From the NCBI GenBank assembly GCA_040954595.2, contig CM082590.2, positions 6,572,001 to 6,636,000 of the forward strand: a stretch of 64,000 nucleotides of DNA, read 5' to 3'. Within the stretch, counting starts at the first letter, position 1. Every line of letters starts with the position of its first letter. The position numbers and the translations under genes were made by a program. Shown one piece after another: positions 50,323-63,691 of the stretch. The notes below the pieces were generated by a model. The model did no database searches, was not told where the DNA came from, and was given only the letters and a program-made list of their open reading frames with translations. The stretch is from Balanoglossus misakiensis (taxonomy: Eukaryota; Animalia; Hemichordata).

Positions 50323-53300
50323 GTCATTTTCTATGTATATATAAAATCTATGTTAAATATAAAAAGTATTTTAGAACAATTTACATTGCTGCTTGGTATG
50401 ATATAATTACAATTTAACAATTTTATTGCTACACCATGGGGTATTCACTTCTGTGTGTAAATTTGTTTGTATGATCATATGGTATGCAATATTGAGTACA
50501 TGTACATAATTCACCTGCTTTTAATACTGTGTAATTTAACAATTTTATTGCTACACCATGGGGTATTCACTTCTGTGTGTACATTTGTTTGTATGATCAT
50601 ATGGTATGCAATATTGAGTACATGTACATAATTCACCTGCTTTTAATACTGTGTGGTATAGCGTATATATTGCATTTTGTAAAAAGAAACATGAAATACT
50701 GTATTTTGAACAACTTATTGTACTGGATGATTTTTTATTACAGTAAAGATATTTGCCTGCATTACGAGAGTAATAGAAATAATTTAAGTTGTACTTTTTA
50801 TTCTGAAATAAGTTTCTTGATGTTTGGTATTCCATGTAAATAGCCAATTTTGAGTCAAGATAGTTATTTTATAACATGATTTGAAATTGTCATTTGTATT
50901 ATCAAGAATGGTTTCAATCAAATAATTATGTATTTTCATTTTGTGTTGACTTAATATTCAAAACTGGACCTGTTGTTTGACTTATTGAAACACGGTAAAC
51001 TGTATAGGGTCACATACACACCATTAAGACGGTTCTGAAGCGTCTCAGATCAGATACCATCTTAAAGAATCAGGTGTGGACAGTGTTTAGTGGTTCTGAA
51101 ATTGCTTAGATTTGAGACAGCATTTGCCGGTCAGACCGGAGCCGGTGTAAAGAATTACTGTAACACCTCTCCGCAACCCATTGTCCATGGGACTAAGCCT
51201 CAGCGCCCCTACTTATGGTGGGTTCACATCTGGGCCCATGGCCGGGCAAAACGTGTCACTGATGATTGTGACAAGACAAGCTAATCTTTAGTCCCCGTTC
51301 ACATTGTGATTGGCACAGTCCTGGCCATTGGTGTCTCGCCAACCTTTCACCTTATAAAGCAGAACCATGTTGGTCCTCTAATGGTTGTTCATACGATTTT
51401 CTTCATTGTCAAATGATGGACTACACTATTATGTCAATCTGGGACCAGATTCGGACAAAACGTGTCCACACACACCGTAGTGGGACCAGAGTCGGACCAG
51501 AGTAGGATACAAACCAACCCATTCAACTGGGACAAAAATTGTCCGGACAAAGGTCGGCCAGACCCGTTCTGAGTATTGTGAACAGCCTAATAAACTGTGT
51601 GTGTGTGCAGCGACTTAAAGGATTAATGCTCTGTGTTTACCAGTACAGTACTGTACTGGTGAACTATGCTTGTATATCAACATACAAGATTGAACATTCA
51701 CATAAATAATTTATGATGTCCACCCAGTTTTCCACTGTGTGCTAAACTTTTATCCATGTATTTGAATATATAGCCAGTGTTGCAAACTATTTAGACCACA
51801 TGGATCTTGGCATGAGATCTCAGAGTGTAGTATTCTTTCATGTATAACTGCCATGTACAATGCCATGGCAATGTTATTTGTCAAAAGGAAACGTACTTTG
51901 GTTCAGGTATTCATTTCGTATCACACACAAAATCACAACTTTACTTACAGCAAAGGGGTATTTACTGACCCCTTTTTACGTTATGCACTGACAGCATATT
52001 GCACAGTCAGTTACTTAATGCAGGTACTCTCTGTATTCTTGAATGATATCAAAAAGGGCAAACAAAAGCTACTTTGTACCTTTAACAAATGATCTGCAAT
52101 TAAGGCTTGTACACAATCAAGTTGTCAGATTACGTTTAATGACTATTTCTGTCAATGCTATGTCCCGTTTGATTTTCTAAAATTGTGCACAACAAGAAAT
52201 GTCTTAATGGATATGCTGAACTGTATTTTAAAATTCAAGTAGACTTTTGTCAAGGTCAGATTTGCTTTGTTGTATACTAGATATGTCCTCATAATACATA
52301 TATGTTCTTAAGTATTTGTCGTGTTAAATATGCACTGTATCAAATGGATGTTCAAACAATTTAGAAAGATGCTAACTTAATTTCACTAATCCTCTTTTTC
52401 AGAAATTAAATGGTGTCTGAACTTATTATTTAGTTATTATTATTAGTTATTATTATACTTGGCCATTGTCAGCTGGATATAATTGCTTAAAACTGTGAAC
52501 AATTGTAATCTGTGTTTGTTTAGTTTCTTGCAATAACAAAAACCAACCTCAACTGATGTCAACCATTTGTTTTATGTGCTTCAGATAAACCTGTAAGTTG
52601 AATCATTGCTTTTTAACATAAGCCTTTTACTGTAGCCATCTCTTTATTTTACTCTACATTATAGGTCGCTGACCACTTAAAACAAAATGTCCACGTCTCA
52701 CTTTCGTGTCTCTCTGTACTCTGTACAATCTATCTGGTTTGGTAGATTTTCCGGATACCAAGATAAAGAAAACTTGAAGGTCTAATACACAAATATTTCT
52801 CAAATAATGTTGTCACATACTAGTGGAGATCCAAAACACAAAACATGTAAGCCCTCTTATTTTTAAGGATACTATTTGTTGTAGGCAAAATAAGGAGGTG
52901 AAGTATAAGAACGCATTAAGTGTTTCAACATATCACGATAATGAAAACTAAAAGGTCATCCCAAGGTTACCCAAAAATTTGTCAAAAATTTGGTCCCATA
53001 CTGGTCCCAGCTTCCCTTCTGCCACTATTGGTCAGCGTAAAATTTAATGTGGTAAGGTGTCCGACAACATGAGTAAAGCGGTATCTGCCCTGGATGCCGA
53101 GATTTGTAAAATTAGGTCAAAGTTCACAAAAAAATTGCTCCAAAATATTTTGATGCCATACTGGTCCATGCCCAACTGAAATGGAACTGCTAGCTGTGTT
53201 GGTTAGCCTGGAATTAGGTATGTGCATAATTAATGAGGTTAAGAAGGTGTCACAGATTAACCCAAAATTTAGCTTTTCATTTTTGTCCCATCCCTAAAAA

Positions 53301-55937
53301 AACAAAGGATGTAACTCCTGTAAAGGTCAGGTCAGGTCACCCTAAATTTTGGCAAAAGATTGTGACCCCATATTGGTCCATGTTCAACAAAAACCAGACC
53401 TCTATTCCATTTGGTAGGCCTGGAATCAGGTATGCACGTAATTAATGAGTCAAGCAGGTGTCACAGGTGACCCCAAAATTTGCCTTTTAATTTTGATCCC
53501 ATCCCTCGAAAGGACAAGGCTGTAGCTACTGTTGGTGCCGAGATATGGTAAAGTAGGTTAAAAGTCACCTCAGTTCATCCAAAATTTGGGCAAAAACTTT
53601 TGAATTCAACAAAAACACACCTCTAGCCCTATTGGTTCGCTTGGAATTATATATGCGAATAATTAATGGGGTAAATTGTGGGATTCGGTGAGGTGTTCCA
53701 TCCCTCCAAATGCTAAGCCTGTACCTGCAGTGGATGTCAAGATATGAGAAAGTAGGTAAAAGGTCACTGAGGTCACCCAAAATTCTTTGACCAAATACTG
53801 GTCCATGTCCAAAAAAAACAAAAACTCTAGATCTATTAGTTCGTCTGTAATTAGGTATGCGCATACTTAATGAGCTAAGCAGGTGTCACAGGTGACCCAA
53901 AACTTTGGCTTTTCATTATGGCCCCATACCTCCAAACGCCAAGGCTGTATCTGCTGTAGATGTCGAGATATGCAAAAGTAGGTCAAAGGTCACCCGAGGT
54001 CATCCAACATTTGGGCAAAATATTTTGACCCCATACTGATCCATGTCCAGAAAAAAACAAACCTCTAGGTCATTTGGTTCATCTGTAATTAGGTATGCGC
54101 ATATTTAATGAGGTCAGCAGAGGTCAAAGGGGTCATGAAAAGTAGCAAAAATTTTTGATCACATACAAAACCACATACATCAAAAACCAAACTTATAGCC
54201 CTATTGGTTAGCCTGGAATTAGATATGCAGAAAAATGATGCGTCAAAAGTAGGTCAAAGGTCATTGCCAAAATTACCAAAATATTTATAGCTTATTCTTG
54301 TCATATGATGATTCATATCCATAAAAAGAATTTCTGTGCTATCAATTTTTAGGCTAGAAACAGAATTTTTACTTTTTAATCGTTGTTCACAAAATCCAAT
54401 ATGGCCGCCAAAATCTTCGACCAATCACAATGATCTTCGCAAACTTGATAGACATCTGTTTAATGACCACACACACCAAATCTTGTGACTCGGTTATCGC
54501 CGGTTCTTGAGAAGAAGATTTTTGAAATTTTACTAGGGTTTTTCGAAAATCCAATATGGCCGCCATAATCTTCGATGTTTAGTGCTGATATAGTGTTAAG
54601 TATGTCAAAGGTCACCAACAATTTGGGCAGAAAATTTTGACCCATAGTGGTCCATGTCCAACAAAAACCAGACCTCTAGCCCTTTTGGTTAGCCCGGAAT
54701 TAGGTATGCACATAAATAATGAGTTAAGCAGGTGTCACAGGTGACCCAAAACTTTGGCTTTTCATTATGGCCCTATACCTCCAAACACCAAGGCTGTATC
54801 TGCTGTGGATGTCAAGATATGCCAAAGTAGGTCAAAGGTCACCCGAGGTCACCCAACATTTGGGCAAAAAATTTTGACCCCATACTGGTCCATGTATAAC
54901 AAAAACAAAACCTCTAGGTCTATTGGTTCATCATTAATTAGGTATGCGCATATTTAATGAGGTCACCAGAGGTCAAAGGGGTCATGAAAAGTAGCAAAAT
55001 TTTTTGATCACATACAAATCCACATACATCAGAAACCAAACTTATAGCCCTATTGGTTAGCCTGGAATTAGATATGCAGAAAAATGATTCGTCAAAAGTA
55101 GGTCAAAGGTCATTGCCAAAATTACCAAAATATTTATAGCTTATTCTTGTCATATGATGATTCATATCCATAAAAAGAATTTCTGTGCTATCAATTTTTA
55201 GGCTAGAAAAGGAATTTTTACTTTTTAATCGTTTTTCACAAAATCCAATATGGCCGCCATAATCTTCGACCAATCAAATTCCCCTTCGCAAACTTGATAG
55301 ACATCTGTTTAATGACCACACACACCAAATCTTGTGACTCGGTTATCGCCCGTTCTGGAGAAGAAGATTTTTGAAGTTTTACTATGGTTTTTCGAAAATC
55401 CAATATGGCCGCCATAATCTTCGACCAATCACAATGATCTTCGCAAACTTGATAGACATCTGTTAGGTGACCACATACCCCAAACGGCGTGACTCGGTTA
55501 TCGCCGGTTCTGGAGAAGAAGATTTTTGAAATTTAAGCCAGATTTCAGAAAAAAAATTGTAGCAAAAAAACTGCAACATTGTCAGCATAATTTCCAATTA
55601 CAAAAATGATGGGCAGAAGGTAGTCTACCAGCATGCCAAATTTGAAGTTGATCTGACTTGTAGTTTCTGATATCTGAGATTTGCATTTTTTTAGAAAATC
55701 CAAGATGGCCGCCAGGTCACGTGACTAGTTAAAAATTCACAGGTTCAATGCACGACTACTCATTGACCTTGACCACTGTAGCAAGTTTCAGAAGTGTACC
55801 TGCAGCGGTGTCTGAGATCTAGAGCGACAAAGAATTGACACAAGAATAAAGAAAGAAAGAAAGAAGAAAGAAGGAAAGACAGAAAAACCCCAACGAAACC
55901 AATAGGGCCCAAGCGCTGGTATGCGCTTGGGCCCTAA

Positions 55938-57206
55938 TTAAAGCTGCAAGCAGCGTTGGCGGGGCACAAGCGGTTCCCATGGTAAGCAGCAAATGCCAAG
56001 GCTGTATCTGCTGTGGATACCAAGATATTGGAAAGTAGGTCAAAGGTCACCTGAGGTCACCCCAAATTTGGGCAAAAAAATCGGACCCCATACTTGTCTA
56101 GGTCCAACAAAAACCAGACCCCTAGCTCTATTGGTTCGCCTAGAATTAGGTATGCGCATAATTAATGAGGTATTGTGTAAGACTCCTTATGTGCTCCATC
56201 GGCCCCCCAAAAGCCAGGACTCTAACTGCTGTGGATGCTGAGATATGGGAAAGTAGATCAAAGGTCATCCAAGGTCACCCAAAATTTGGGCATAAAATTT
56301 TGACCCCAAAGTCGGCCATGTCCAACTAAAAACAGACCTCTAGCCCTATTGGTTAGCCTGGAATTAGATATGCAGAAACATGATGTTTCAGAAATAGGTC
56401 AAGGTTCATTGCCAAAATTACAAAAATATTTGTGTCATGTCCTGGCAGCATTGGTACCCATGTCCACAAAATTCATGACTGTGGTGCTTTTACAAGAGGA
56501 GGTATGGGGAATATGCATATATAATTAGTTGTTTTAAAACTGGGTCAAAGGTCATGTAAAAATTGCCCCGAAAAATTGTGACAACTTCCGGTCATATGAT
56601 GACTCATATCCAAAAAAAGAATTTCCATGCTGTCAACATTTTGGCTACAAAACGGAATTATCACTTTTCAATGGTTTTCCGAAAATCCAACATGGCCGCC
56701 ATAATGATCGACCAATCACAATGCGCTTCGCAAACTTGATAGACATAGGTTAGGTGACCACATTCCCCAAATCCCGTGACTCGGCAATCGCTGGTTCTGG
56801 AGAAGAAGATTTTTAAAGTTTTAAGTAGTTTTTCAGAAAAACAATTGTAGCAAAAAAACTTTATGTGTGACGTCATGATTTCAATGGGGTAAAATGATGG
56901 ACAGAAGGTAGGCTACCTGCACACCAAATTTGAACTCGATCGGCCCAGCAGTTTTTGAGAAGGACTCGTTTAACGATTTTCAGGAAATCCAATATGGCCG
57001 CCAGGTCACGTGACTAATTAAATATTCACGAGCCACTGCACGTCTACTCATTGGCCCCTATTACCCTACCAAGTTTCAGCCCCCTAGGTGCAGCGGTTTT
57101 CCAGATCTACCTGGCCGAATTTCTCGGAAGAAGAAGAATAATAATAAAGAAGAAATATTCCAACAATACCAATAGGGGCACAAGCCCGATAGGCTTGTGC
57201 CCCTAA
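55938..57206 (-). mobile_element. Complete non-autonomous Helentron unit, subtype B
   Basis: subTIR GGGGCACAAGC at left; palindrome TAGGGGCACAAGCC-CGATA-GGCTTGTGCCCCTAA at right. Confidence 0.87.
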
Positions 57207-60200
57207 TTAAAGCTGCAAGCAGCATTGTCGGGCCCAAGCGCTGATCCGGAATTATATATGCACAGTATGAATGACAAGAAACAGAATGCTCTATCAGGTT
57301 TTTTATCTCATGACATAACAAGGCCATGTGTTTTTTTGGTGCAGAAATAGAGTAAAGTAGGTCAAAGGTCACCTGAGGTCACCCAAATTTTGGGAAATTT
57401 TTTTGGACCCATATTCGTCCATGTCCAACAAAAACCAAAACTCTAGCTCTATTGGTTCGCCTGTAATTAGGTATGTGCATATTTAATGAGGTCAGCAGGT
57501 GTCACAGGTGACCCAAAAATGTGGCTTTACATTTTGGTCCTATCCTTCCAAATGCCAAGGCTGTATCTGCTCTGGATGCTGAGATATGCGAAAGTAGGTC
57601 AAAGGTCACCAGAGGTCATCAACATTTGGGCAAAACATGTTGACCCCATACTGGTCCATGTCCAACAAAAACCAAACAACTAGCTCTATTGGTTCGCCTG
57701 TAATTAGCTATGCACATAATTAATGAGGTCAACAGAGGTCAAAGGGGTCATGAAAAGTAGCAAAATATTTTGATCACACACTAATCCACATACATCAAAA
57801 ACTAAACGTCTAGCCCTATAGGTTAGCCTGGAATTAGATATGCAGAAATAATAACGTGCGAAAATTAGGTCAAAGGTCATGTGAAAAATCGCCAAAAATG
57901 TGTAACATATTTTAGTCATATGGCGATTGATATCCATGAAAAGAATTTGTATGCTATTAATTTTTAGACTAGGAAAAGGAATTTCAATTTTTCACTGCTT
58001 TTTACAAAATCCAATATGGCCGCCATAATCTTCGACCAATCACAATGCTCTTTGCAAACTTGATAGACATCAGTGTAGTGACCATACTCCCCGAATCTTG
58101 CGACTCAGTTATCGCCCGTTCTGGAGAAGAAGATTTTTGGAGTTTTACTATGGTTTTTCGAAAATCCAATATGGCCGCCATAATCTTCGACCAATCACAA
58201 TGCTTCTTATCAAACTTGATAGACATCTGTTAGGTGACCACATACACCAAACCCCGTGACTCGGTTATCACCGGTTCTGGAGAAGAAGATTTTTGAAATT
58301 TAAGCCAGATTTCAGAAAAAAAAATTGTAGCAAAAAAACTGCAACATTTACAGCAAAATATCCAATTACAAAAATAATGGGCATATGGTAGTCTACCTGC
58401 ATGCCAAATTTGAAGTCGATCTGACTTGTAGTTTCTGAGATCTGAGATTTGCATTTTTTCAGAAAATCCAATATGGCCACCAGGTCACGTGACTAATTAA
58501 AAATTCAAGAGTTCAATGCACGACTACCCATTGACCTTGACCACTGTAGCAAGTTTGAGAAGTGTACCTGCAGCGGTGTCTGAGATCTAGAGCGACAAAG
58601 AAATGACACAAGAATAAAGAAAGAAGAAAGAAAGACAGAATTAAAGCTGCAAGCAGCATTGTCGGGCCCAAGCGCTGATCTCGAATTATATATGCACAGT
58701 ATGAATGAGAAGAAACAGAATTTTCTATCTGGTGTATTATCTCATGACATAACAAGGACGTGTGTATTTTTGCTGCTGAAATAGGGTGAAGTAGGTCAAA
58801 GGTCACCTGAGGTCACCCAACATTTGGGCAAAATTTCTTGACCCATACTGGTCCATGTCCAACAAAAACCAAAACTCTAGCTCTATTGGTTCGCCTGTAA
58901 TTAGGTATGTGCATGTTTAATGAGGTCAGCAGGTGTCACAGGTGACCCAAAAATGTGGCTTTACATTTTGGTCCCATCCTGCAAAATGCCATGGCTGTAT
59001 CTGCTCTGGATGCTGAGATATGCGAAAGTAGGTCAAAGGTCACCCAAAATTTGGGCAACAAATTTTGACCCCATATTGGTCCATGTCCAACAAAAACCAA
59101 ACCTCTAGCTCTATTGGTTCGCCTGTAATTAGGTATGTGCATGTTTAATGAGGTCAGCAGGTGTCACAGGTGACCCAAAAATGTGGCTTTACATTTTGGT
59201 CCCATCCTGCCAAATGCCAAGGCTGTATCTGCTCTGGATGCTAAGATATGCGAAAGTAGGTCAAAGGTCACCAGAGGTCATCCAACATTTGGGCAAAAAA
59301 TTTTGACCCCATACTGGTCCATTTCCAACAAAAACCAAACCACTAGCTTTATTGGTTCGCCTGTAATTAGCTATGCACATAATTAATGAGGTCAACAGAG
59401 GTCAAAGGGGTCATGAAAAGTAGCAAAATATTTTGATCACACACTAATCCACATGCATCAAAAACCAAACGTCTAGCCCTATAGGTTAGCCTTGATATAG
59501 TTATGCAGAAATAATAACGTGTAACATATTTTAGTCATATGACGATTGATATCCATGAAAAAAATTTGTATGCTATCAATTTTTAGACTAGGAAAAGGAA
59601 TTTCAATTTTTCACTGCTTTTTACAAAATCCAATATGGCCGCCATAATCTTCGACCAATCACAATGCTCTTTGCAAACTGGATAGACATCAGTGTAGTGA
59701 CCATACTCCCCGAATCTTGCGACTCAGTTATTGCCCGTTCTGGAGAAAAAGATTTTTGCAGTTTTACTATGGTTTTTCGAAAATCCAATATGGCCGCCAT
59801 AATCTTCGACCAATCACAATGCTTCTTATCAAACTTGATAAACATCAGTTAGGTGACCACATACCCCAAATCCCGTGACTCGGTTATCGCCGGTTCTTGA
59901 GAAGAAGATTTTTGAAGTTTTAGTTAGATTTTTTGGAAATCCAATATGGCGGCCAAAGTCACGTGACCGCTCGAAATTTTATTATCAAACTTTGTAGGGC
60001 AGAGGCCATGTGTACTATGTACCAAATTTGAACTTGATTTGCCTTGTAGTTTTTGAGAAGAAGCCATTTACATTTTTTCAGAAAATCCAATATGGCCGCC
60101 AGGTCACGTGACTAATTAAGTATTCACAAGTCACTGCACATCTACTCATTGACCTTGACCACTGTAGCAAGTTTGAGCAGTGTACCTGCAGTAGTTTCAG

Positions 60201-60349
60201 AGATTTAGTTGGCCGAAGAAATGACACAAGAATAAAGAAAGAAAAATTCCAACGAAACCAATAGGGCCCAAGCGCTTGTGCGCGCTTGGGCCCTAAAAAC
60301 CCCAACGAAACCAATAGGGCCCAAGCGCTGGTATGCGCTTGGGCCCTAA
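57207..60349 (-). mobile_element. Subtype C unit split by a nested insertion (body 57207-58640, terminus 60297-60349)
   Basis: GACAGAA + AAACCCC rebuilds GACAGAAAAACCCC. Confidence 0.8.
58641..60296 (-). mobile_element. Complete subtype C unit nested in the previous unit
   Basis: Left hairpin at 58641; right palindrome GGGCCCAAGCGC-TTGTGC-GCGCTTGGGCCCTAA. Confidence 0.82.
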
Positions 60350-62477
60350 TTAAAGCTGCGAGCAGCATTGTCGGGCCCAAGCGCTGATCTTGAATTATAT
60401 ATGCACAGTATGAATGAGAAGAAACAGAATTTTCTATCGGATGTATTATCGCATGACATAACAAGGATGTGTGTATTATTGCTGCTGAAATAGGGTGAAG
60501 TAGGTCAAAGGTCACCTGAGGTCACCCAACATTTGGGCAATTTTTTTTTACCCATACTGGTCCATGTCCAACAAAAACCAAAACTCTAGCTCTATTGGTT
60601 CGCCTGTAATTAGGTATGTGCATATTTAATGAGGTCAGCAGGTGTCACAGGTGACCCAAAAATGTGGCTGTACATTTTGGCCCCATCCTGCCAAATGCCA
60701 AGGCTGTATCTGCTCTGGATGCTGAGATATGCGAAAGTGGGTCAAAGGTCACCTGAGGTCACCAAACATTTGGGCAAAAATGTTTGACCCATACTGGTCC
60801 TTGTCAAACAAAAACTAAAACTCTAGCTCCATTGGTTCGCCTGTAATTAGGTATGTGCATAGTTAATGAGGTCAGCAGGTGTCACAGGTGACCCAAAAAT
60901 GTGGCTGTACATTTTGGCCCCATCCTGCCAAATGCCAAGGCTGTATCTGCTCTGGATGCTGAGATATGCGAAAGTGGGTCAAAGGTCACCTGAGATCACC
61001 AAACATTTGGGCAAATTTTTTGACCCATACTGGTCCATGTCAAACAAAAACTAAAACTCTAGCTCTATTGGTTCGCCTGTAATTAGATATGTGCATATTT
61101 AATGAGGTCAGCAGGTGTCACAGGTGACCCAAAAATGTCGCTGTACATTTTTGCCCCATCCTGCCAAATGCCAAGGCTGTATCTGCTCTGGATGCTGAGA
61201 TATGCGAAAGTGGGTCAAAGGTCACCTGAGGTCACCAAACATTTGGGCAAAATTTTTTGACCCATACTGGTCCATGTCAAACAAAAACTAAAACTCTAGC
61301 TCTATTGGTTCGCCTGTAATTAGGTATGTGCATATTTAATGAGGTCAGCAGGTGTCACAGGTGACCCAAAAATGTGGCTGTACATTTTGGCCCCATCCTG
61401 CCAAATGCCAAGGCTCTATCTGCTCTGGATGCTGAGATATGCGAAAGTAGGTCAAAGGTCACCAGAGGTCACCCAACATTTGGGCAAAAAATTTTGTTCC
61501 CATAGTGGTCCATGTCCAACAAAAACCAAACCTCTAGCTCTATTGGTTCGCCTGTAATTAGCTATGTGCATAATTAATGAGGTCAGCAGAGGTCAAAGGG
61601 GTCATAAGAAGTAGCAAAATATTTTGATCACACACTAATCCACATGCATCAAAAACCAAACGTCTAGCCCTATAGGTTAGCCTGGAAATAGATATGCAGA
61701 AATAATAACGTGTGAAAAGTAGGTCAAAGGTCATGTGAAAAATCGCCAAAAAATTGTAACATAATTTAGTCACATGACGATTGATATCCATAAAAAGAGT
61801 TTGTATGCTATCAATTTTTAGACTAGGAAAAGGAATTTCAATTTTTCACTGCTTTTTACAAAATCCAATATGGCCGCCATAATCTTCGACCAATCACAAT
61901 GCTCTTTGCAAACTTGATAGACATCAGTGAAGTGACCAAACTCCCCGAATCTTGCGACTCAGTTATCGCCCGTTCTGGAGAAGAAGATTTTTTGAGTTTT
62001 ACTATGGTTTTTCGAAAATCCAATATGGCCGCCATAATCTTCGACCAATCACAATGATCTTCGCAAACTTGATAGACATCAGTTAGGTGACCACATACAC
62101 CAAACCCCGTGTCTCGGTTGTCACCGGTTCTGGAGAAGAAGATTTTTGAAATTTTGACCAGATTTCAGAAAAAAAATTGTAGCAAAAAAACTGCAACATT
62201 GACAGCATAATTTCCAATTACAAAAATGATGGGCAGAAGGTAGTCTACCTGCACGCCAAATTTGAAGTCGATCTGACTTGTAGTTTCTGAGATCTGAGAT
62301 TTGCATTTTTTCAGAAAATCCAAGATGGCCGCCAGGTCATGTGACTAATTAAAAATTCAAGGGTTCAATGCACGACTACTCATTGACCTTGACCACTGTA
62401 GCAAGTTTCAGAAGTGTACCTGCAGTGGTCTCTGAGATCTAGAGCGACAAAGAATTGACACAAGAATAAAGAAAGAA
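60350..62477 (-). mobile_element. Subtype C unit with an expanded ~237-bp module (palindromic end displaced)
   Basis: Left terminus at 60350; module recurs near 60630, 60868, 61104, 61341. Confidence 0.8.
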
Positions 62478-63691
62478 TTAAAGCTGCAAGCAGCGTTGGG
62501 GGGGCACAAGCGGTTCCCATGGTGACCAGCAAATGCCACGGCTGTATCTGCTGGAGATACCAAGATATGGGAAAGTAGGTCAAAGGTCACCTGAGGTCAC
62601 CCCAAATTTCGGCAAAAAAATTGGACCCCATACTAGTCTAGATCCAACAAAAAACCAGACCCCTAGCCCTATTGGTTCACCTGCAATTAGGTATGCACAT
62701 AATTAATGAGGTCTTGTGTAAGACTCCATTATGTGCTCAATACCCATAAAAGCCAGGGCTCTAACTGCTCTGGATGCTGAGATATGGGAAAGTAGATCAA
62801 AGGTCACCCAAGGTCACCCAAAATTAGGGCATCAAATTTTGACCCCAGAGTGGCCCATGTCCAACTAAAACCAGACCTCTAGCCCTATTGGTTAGCCTGG
62901 AATTAGATATGCAGAAAAATGATGTTTCAGAAATAGGTCAAGGGTCATTGCCAAAATTACAAAAATATTTGTGTCATGTCCTGGCAGCATTGGTACCCAT
63001 GTCCACAAAATTCATGACTGTGGTGCTTTTACAAGAGGAGGTATGGGGAATATGCATATATAATTAGTTGTTTTAAAACTGGGTCAAAGGTCATGTGAAA
63101 ATTGCCCCGAAAAATTGTGACAACTTCCGGTCATATGATGACTCATATCCAAAAAAAGAATTTCCGTGCTGTCAACATTTTGGCTACAAAACAGAATTTT
63201 CATTTTTCAATGGTTTTCCGAAAATCCAACATGGCCGCCATAATGATCGACCAATCACAGTGCGCTTCGCAAACTTGATAGACATAGGTTAGGTGACCAC
63301 ATACCCCGAATCCCGTGACTCGGCAATCGCTGGTTCTGGAGAAGAAGATTTTTAAAGTTTTAAGTAGTTTTTCAGAAAAACAGTTGTAGCAAAAAAAACG
63401 GTTTGTGTGACGTCATGATTTCAATTGGGTAAAATGATGGACGGAAGGTAGGCTACCTGCACACCAAATTTGAACTCGATCGGCCCAGTAGTTTTTGAGA
63501 AGGACTCGTTTAACGATTTTCAGGAAATCCAATATGGCCGCCAGGTCACGTGACTAATTAAATATTCACGAGCCACTGCACGTCTACTCATTGGCCCCTA
63601 TCACCCTATGAAGTTTCAGCCCCCTAGGTGCTGCGGTTTTCCTGATCTACCTGGCCGAATTTTGGGGAAGAAGAAGAAGAAGAAGAATAAA
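62478..63691 (-). mobile_element. Subtype B unit (palindromic end displaced)
   Basis: GCTGCAAGCAGC plus GGGGCACAAGC; interrupted after (GAA)n. Confidence 0.8.

Larger units (their letters stand above)
30632..55937. mobile_element. Complete autonomous Helentron/Helitron2 (endonuclease-encoding), ~25.3 kb
   Basis: RepHel ORF bracketed by the nearest hairpin+subTIR end (30632) and palindromic subTIR end (55937). The right end is confirmed by the breakpoint of identity with copy 1; the left end is inferred. No TSD. Confidence 0.85.
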
